Shown: one piece after another, positions 58,711-64,000 of the stretch
How positions within the stretch are numbered: position 1 is the stretch's first letter
How the letters are laid out: each line of letters starts with the position of its first letter
Assembly: GCA_964016885.1 (NCBI GenBank)
Contig: OZ024744.1
Span: 133,176,001 to 133,240,000, forward strand
Direction of reading: 5' to 3'
Source of the DNA: Eledone cirrhosa
Taxonomy: Eukaryota
DNA length: 64,000 nt
The notes under the pieces: model-generated
What the model was told of the DNA's origin: nothing
Databases searched by the model: none
What the model saw: only the letters and a program-made list of their open reading frames with translations
Program-made: the position numbers and the translations under genes

Positions 58711-58883
58711 GGGCTTAAGTTAAGTTGGGGCTAAGTTAAGTTGGGGTTAAGTCAAGTTGGAAGTTGTGGTTGAGTGAAGTTGGGGTTAAGTTAAGTTGGG
58801 GTTGAGTGAAGTTGGGGTTAAGTTAAGTTGGGGTTGAGTTAAGTTGGGGTTGAGTGAAGTTGGGGTTAAGTTAAGTTGGGGTT
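58711..58883 (-). repeat. Inverted satellite island copy 8 (173 bp; same as copy 7)
   Basis: Same junctions. Lacks the ACG variant. Lies 5629 bp from copy 7. Confidence 0.97.
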
Positions 58884-61800
58884 AACCCCAACTTAACTTA
58901 ACCCCAACTTAACTTAACCCCAACTTAACTTAACCCCAACTTAACTTAACCCCAACATAACTTAACCCCAACTTAAATTAACCCCAACTTAACTTAAACT
59001 CAACTTAACTAACCAACTTAACTTAACCCCAACTTAACTTAACCCCAACTTAACTTAACCCCAACTTAACTTAACCCCAACTTAACTTAACCCCAACTTA
59101 AATTAACCCCAACTTAACTTAACCCCAACTTAACTTAACCCCGACTTAACTTAACCCCAACTTAACTTAACCCCAACTTAACTTAGCCCCAACTTAACTT
59201 AGCCCCAACTTAACTTAGCCCCAACTTAACTTAACCCCAACTTAACATAACCGCACCTTAACTTAACCTCAACTTAACATAACTGCAACTTAACTTAACC
59301 CCAACTTAACTTAACCCCAACTTAACTCAACACCAACTTAACTCAACCCCAACTTAACTCAACCCCAATTTAACTCAACCCCAAGTTAACTCAACCCCAA
59401 CTTAACTGAACCCCAACTTAACTGAACCCTAACTTAACTTAACCCCGACTTAAATTAAGCCCAACTTAACTTAACCCCAACTTAACTCAGCCCCAACTTA
59501 ACTTAGCCCTAACTTAACTTAACCCCAACTTAACTTAACCCCAACTTAATTAACCCCAACTTAAATTAACCCCAACTTAACTTAATACCAACTTAACGTA
59601 ACCCCATCTTAAATAAACCCCAACTTAAATTAACCCCAACTTAACTTAACCCCAACTTAACTTAACCCCAACTTAACTCAGCCCCAACTTAACTTAGCCC
59701 CAACTTAACTTAACCCCAACTTAACTTAACCCCAACTTAACTTAACCCCAACTTAACTTATCCCCAACTTAACTTAACCCCAACTTAACTTAAACCCAAC
59801 TTAACTTAACCCCAACTTAAACTATCCCCAACTTAACTTATCCCCAACTTAACTTAACCCCAACTTAACTTAACCCCAACTTAACTTAACCCCAACTTAA
59901 TTTAACCCCAACTTAACTTAACCTCAACTTAACTTAACCCCAACTTAACTTAACCCCAACTTAACTTAACCCCAACTTAAATTAGCCCCAACTTAACTTA
60001 ACCCCAACTTAAATTAACCCCAACTTAACTTAACCCCAACTTAACTTAACCCCAACTTAACTTAAACCTAACTTAACTTAACCCCAACTTAACCCCAACT
60101 TAACTTGACCCCAACTTAACTTAACCCCAACTTAACTCAACCCCAACTTAACTTAACCCCAACTTCACTCAGCCCCAACTTAACTCAGCCCCAACTTAAC
60201 TTAGCCCCAACTTAACTTAACACCAACTTAACTTAACCCCAACTTAACCCCAACTTAACTTAACCCCAACTTAACTCAACCCCAACTTAACTTAACCCCA
60301 ACTTAACTCAGCCCCAACTTAACTCAGCCCCAACTTAACTTAGCCCCAACTTAACTTAACACCAACTTAACTTAACCCCAACTTAACTTAACCCCAACTT
60401 AACTTAACCCCAACTTAACTTATCCCCAACTTAACTGAACCCCAACTTAACTTAACCCCAACTTAATATAACCCCAACTTAACTTAACCCCAACTTAACT
60501 CAACCCCAACTTAAATTAACCCCAACTTAACTTAACCCCAACTTAACTTAACCCCAACTTAATTAACCCCAACTTAAATTAACCCCAACTTAACTTAACA
60601 CCAACTTAACGTAACCCCAACTTAACTTAACCCCAACTTAACTTAAACCTAACTTAACTTAACCCCAACTTAACCCCAACTTAACTTGACCCCAACTTAA
60701 CTTAACCCCAACTTAACTCAACCCCAACTTAACTTAACCCCAACTTAACTCAGCCCCAACTTAACTCAGCCCCAACTTAACTTAGCCCCAACTTAACTTA
60801 ACACCAACTTAACTTAACCCCAACTTAACTTAACCCCAACTTAACTTAACCCCAACTTAACTTATCCCCAACTTAACTGAACCCCAACTTAACTGAACCC
60901 CAACTTAAATTAACCCCAACTTAACTTAACCCCAACTTAACTTAACCCCAACTTAACTCAACACCAACTTAACTCAACCCCAACTTAACTCAACCCCAAT
61001 TTAACTCAACCCCAACTTAACTCAACCCCAACTTAACTTAACCCCAACTTAACTGAACCCTAACTTAACTTAACCCCGACTTAACTTAACCCCGACTTAA
61101 CTTAACCCCAACTTAACTTAACCCCAACTTAACTTAACCCCAACTTAACTTAACCCCAACTTAATTTAACCCCATCTTAACCCCAACTTAACTTAACCCC
61201 AACTTAACTGAACCCCAACTTAAATTAACCCCAACTTAAATAAACCCCAACTTAACTTAACCCCAACTTAACTTAACCCCAACTTAACTTAACCCCAACT
61301 TAACTCAGCCCCAACTTAACTTAGCCCCAACTTAACTTAACCCCAACTTAACTTAACCCCAACTTAACTTAACCCCAACTTAACTTAACCCCAACTTAAC
61401 TTAACCCCAATTTAACTTAAACCCAACTTAACTTAACCCCAACTTAAATTATCCCCAACTTAACTTATCCCCAACTTAACTTAACCCCAACTTAACTTAA
61501 CCCCAACTTAACTTAACCCCAACTTAATTTAACCCCAACTTAACTTAACCTCAACTTAACTTAACCCCAACTTAACTTAACCCCATCTTAACTTAACCCC
61601 AACTTAACTTAACCCCAACTTAACTTAACCCCAACTTAAATTAACCCCAACTTAACTTAACCCCAACTTAACTTAACCCCGACTTAACTTAACCCCAACT
61701 TAACTTAACCCCAACTTAACTTAACCCCAACTTAACCCCAACTTAACTTGAACCCAACTTAACTTAACCCCAACTTAACTTAAACCTAACTTAACTTAAC

Positions 61801-64000
61801 CCCAACTTAACCCCAACTTAACTTGACCCCAACTTAACTTAACCCCAACTTAACTCAACCCCAACTTAACTTAACCCCAACTTAACTCAGCCCCAACTTA
61901 ACTCAGCCCCAACTTAACTTAGCCCCAACTTAACTTAACACCAACTTAACTTAACCCCAACTTAACTTAACCCCAACTTAACTTAACCCCAACTTAACTT
62001 ATCCCCAACTTAACTGAACCCCAACTTAACTCAACCCCAACTTAAATTAACCCCAACTTAACTTAACCCCAACTTAACTTAACCCCAACTTAATTAACCC
62101 CAACTTAAATTAACCCCAACTTAACTTAACACCAACTTAACGTAACCCCAACTTAATTTAACCCCAACTTAAATTAACCCCAACTTAACTTGCCCCCAAC
62201 TTAACTTACCCCCAACTTAACTTAACCCCAACTTAATTTAACCCCAACTTAATTTAACCCCAACTTAACTTAAACCCAACTTAACTTAACCCCAACTTAA
62301 CTTAACCCCAAATTAACTCAACCCCAACTTAACTCAACCCCAACTTAACTTAACCCCAACTTAACTTAACCACAAATTAAATTAGCCCCAACTTAAATTA
62401 ACCCCAACTTAACTCAACCACAACTTAACTTAACCCCGACTTAACTTAACCCCACCTTAACTTAACCTCAACTTAACTTAACTGCAACTTAACTTAACCC
62501 CAACTTAACTTAACCCCAACTTAACTCAACACCAACTTAACTCAACCCCAACTTAACTCAACGCCAATTTAACTCAACCCCAACTTAACTCAACCCCAAC
62601 TTAACTTAACCCCGACTTAAATTAACCCCGACTTAACTTAACCCCAACTTAACTCAACCCCAACTTAACTTAACCCCAACTTAACTTAACCCCAACTTAA
62701 CTTAACCCCAACTTAAATTAACCCCAACTTAACTTAAACTCAACTTAACTAACCAACTTAACTTAACCCCAACTTAACTTGACCCCAACTTAACTTAACC
62801 CCAACTTAACTTAAACCCAACTTAACTTAACCCCAACTTAACTTAACCCCAACTTAACTTAACCCCAACTTAACCCCAAATTAAATTAACCTCAACTTAA
62901 CTTAACCCCAACTTAACTTAGCCCCAACTTAACTTAGCCCCAACTTAACTTAGCCCCAACTTAACTTAACCCCAACTTAACTTAACCGCACCTTAACTTA
63001 ACCTCAACTTAACTTAACTGCAACTTAACTTAACCCCAACTTAACTTAACCCCAACTTAACTCAAAACCAACTTAACTCAACCCCAACTTAACTCAACCC
63101 CAATTTAACTCAACCCCAACTTAACTCAACCCCAACTTAACTTAACCCCAACTTAACTGAACCCTAACTTAACTTAACCCCGACTTAACTTAACCCCGAC
63201 TTAACTTAACCCCAACTTAACTTAACCCCAACTTAACTTAACCCCAACTTAACTTAACCCCAACTTAATTTAACCCCATCTTAACCCCAACTTATCTTAA
63301 CCCCAACTTAACTGAACCCCAACTTAATTTAACCCCAACTTAAATAAACCCCAACTTAACTTAACCCCAACTTAACTTAACCCCAACTTAACTTAACCCC
63401 AACTTAACTCAGCCCCAACTTAACTTAGCCCCAACTTAACTTAACCCCAACTTAACTTAACCCCAACTTAACTTAACCCCAACTTAACTTAACACCAACT
63501 TAACGTAACCCCAACTTAATTTAACCCCAACTTAACTTAACCTCAACTTAACTTAACCCCAACTTAACTTAACCCCATCTTAACTTAACCCCAACTTAAC
63601 TTAACCCCAACTTAACTTAACCCCAACTTAAATTAACCCCAACTTAACTTAACCCCAACTTAAATTAAACCCGACTTAACTTAACCCCAACTTAACTTAA
63701 TCCCAACTTAACTTAACCCCAACTTAACTTAACCACAAATTAACTTAACCCCAACTTAACTTAACCCCAACTTAACTTAACCCCAACTTAACTTAACCCC
63801 AACTTAACTTAACCCCAACTTAACTTAAACCTAACTTAACTTAACCCCAACTTAACCCCAACTTAACTTAACCCCAACTTAACTTAACCCCAACTTAACT
63901 CAGCCCCAACTTAACTCAGCCCCAACTTAACTTAGCCACAACTTAACTTAACACCAACTTAACTTAACCCTAACTTAACTTAACCCCAACTTAACTTAAC

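Larger units (their letters stand above)
51950..63245 (+). repeat. Near-perfect tandem duplication, unit 5629 bp, each copy carrying one inverted island
   Basis: Constant offset of 5629 at G51988/57617, islands 53082/58711, GAACCC 56121/61750 and G57553/63182. Shared private variants AATACC and AACATAACTGC. Confidence 0.92.
1..64000 (+). repeat. Tandem satellite array, 16-bp monomer AACTTAACTTAACCCC (about 4,000 copies), C-rich on the + strand, running off both window ends
   Basis: The monomer is readable on essentially every line. Consensus composition is A6 C6 T4 G0. Single-base variants (AACTC, AGCCCC, ATCCCC, AACACC, AAATT, GACTT and others) and 11- or 15-bp length variants recur. Confidence 0.99.

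Noticed and set aside
7947-58883. Islands as random chimeric or fold-back read artefacts
   Set aside because: Eight copies share exact breakpoints, carry copy-specific SNVs, and have interiors that do not mirror the adjacent sequence. Read-level confirmation is still advisable.
1-64000. Protein-coding ORFs on either strand
   Set aside because: TAA occurs twice per monomer on both strands (inside TTAA), and the 16-bp period cycles it through all frames. ATG is nearly absent.
1-64000. CRISPR array
   Set aside because: Repeats are contiguous with no unique spacers, no leader and no cas genes.
1-64000. A single fixed-period higher-order repeat defined by the islands
   Set aside because: Island spacings range from 3770 to 11734 bp with no evident common unit, and the intervening content is mosaic.
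1-64000. Promoter, polyadenylation or terminator motifs (AATAAA, TATAA, hairpins)
   Set aside because: These arise as single-base satellite variants with no associated gene.
1-64000. Species or named-satellite assignment
   Set aside because: I do not recognise this monomer as a named family with confidence. A database search is required.

Overview
The whole 64 kb window is one non-coding tandem satellite array with no genes. The monomer is 16 bp, AACTT-AACTT-AACCCC (reverse strand GGGGTTAAGTTAAGTT), in roughly 4,000 copies. It is telomere-like and almost free of G on the + strand. Variant monomers act as markers and show nested higher-order duplications of about 0.2, 0.4, 1.5, 2.3, 2.7 and 5.6 kb, plus a dispersed copy about 12.3 kb away. 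The main structural feature is eight copies of the same 173-bp inverted (G-rich) island, starting at 7947, 17497, 21267, 28498, 40232, 48901, 53082 and 58711. All eight have identical breakpoints: a left hairpin junction CCCC-GACTTA-GGGC that contains TTAGGG, and a right spacer-less palindrome centred on GGGGTT|AACCCC. A more diverged block sits at about 31.4-33.1 kb. The organism cannot be determined from the sequence; eukaryotic heterochromatic, subtelomeric or centromeric satellite is an inference. All comparisons were made by eye, and duplication boundaries are approximate to a few monomers.
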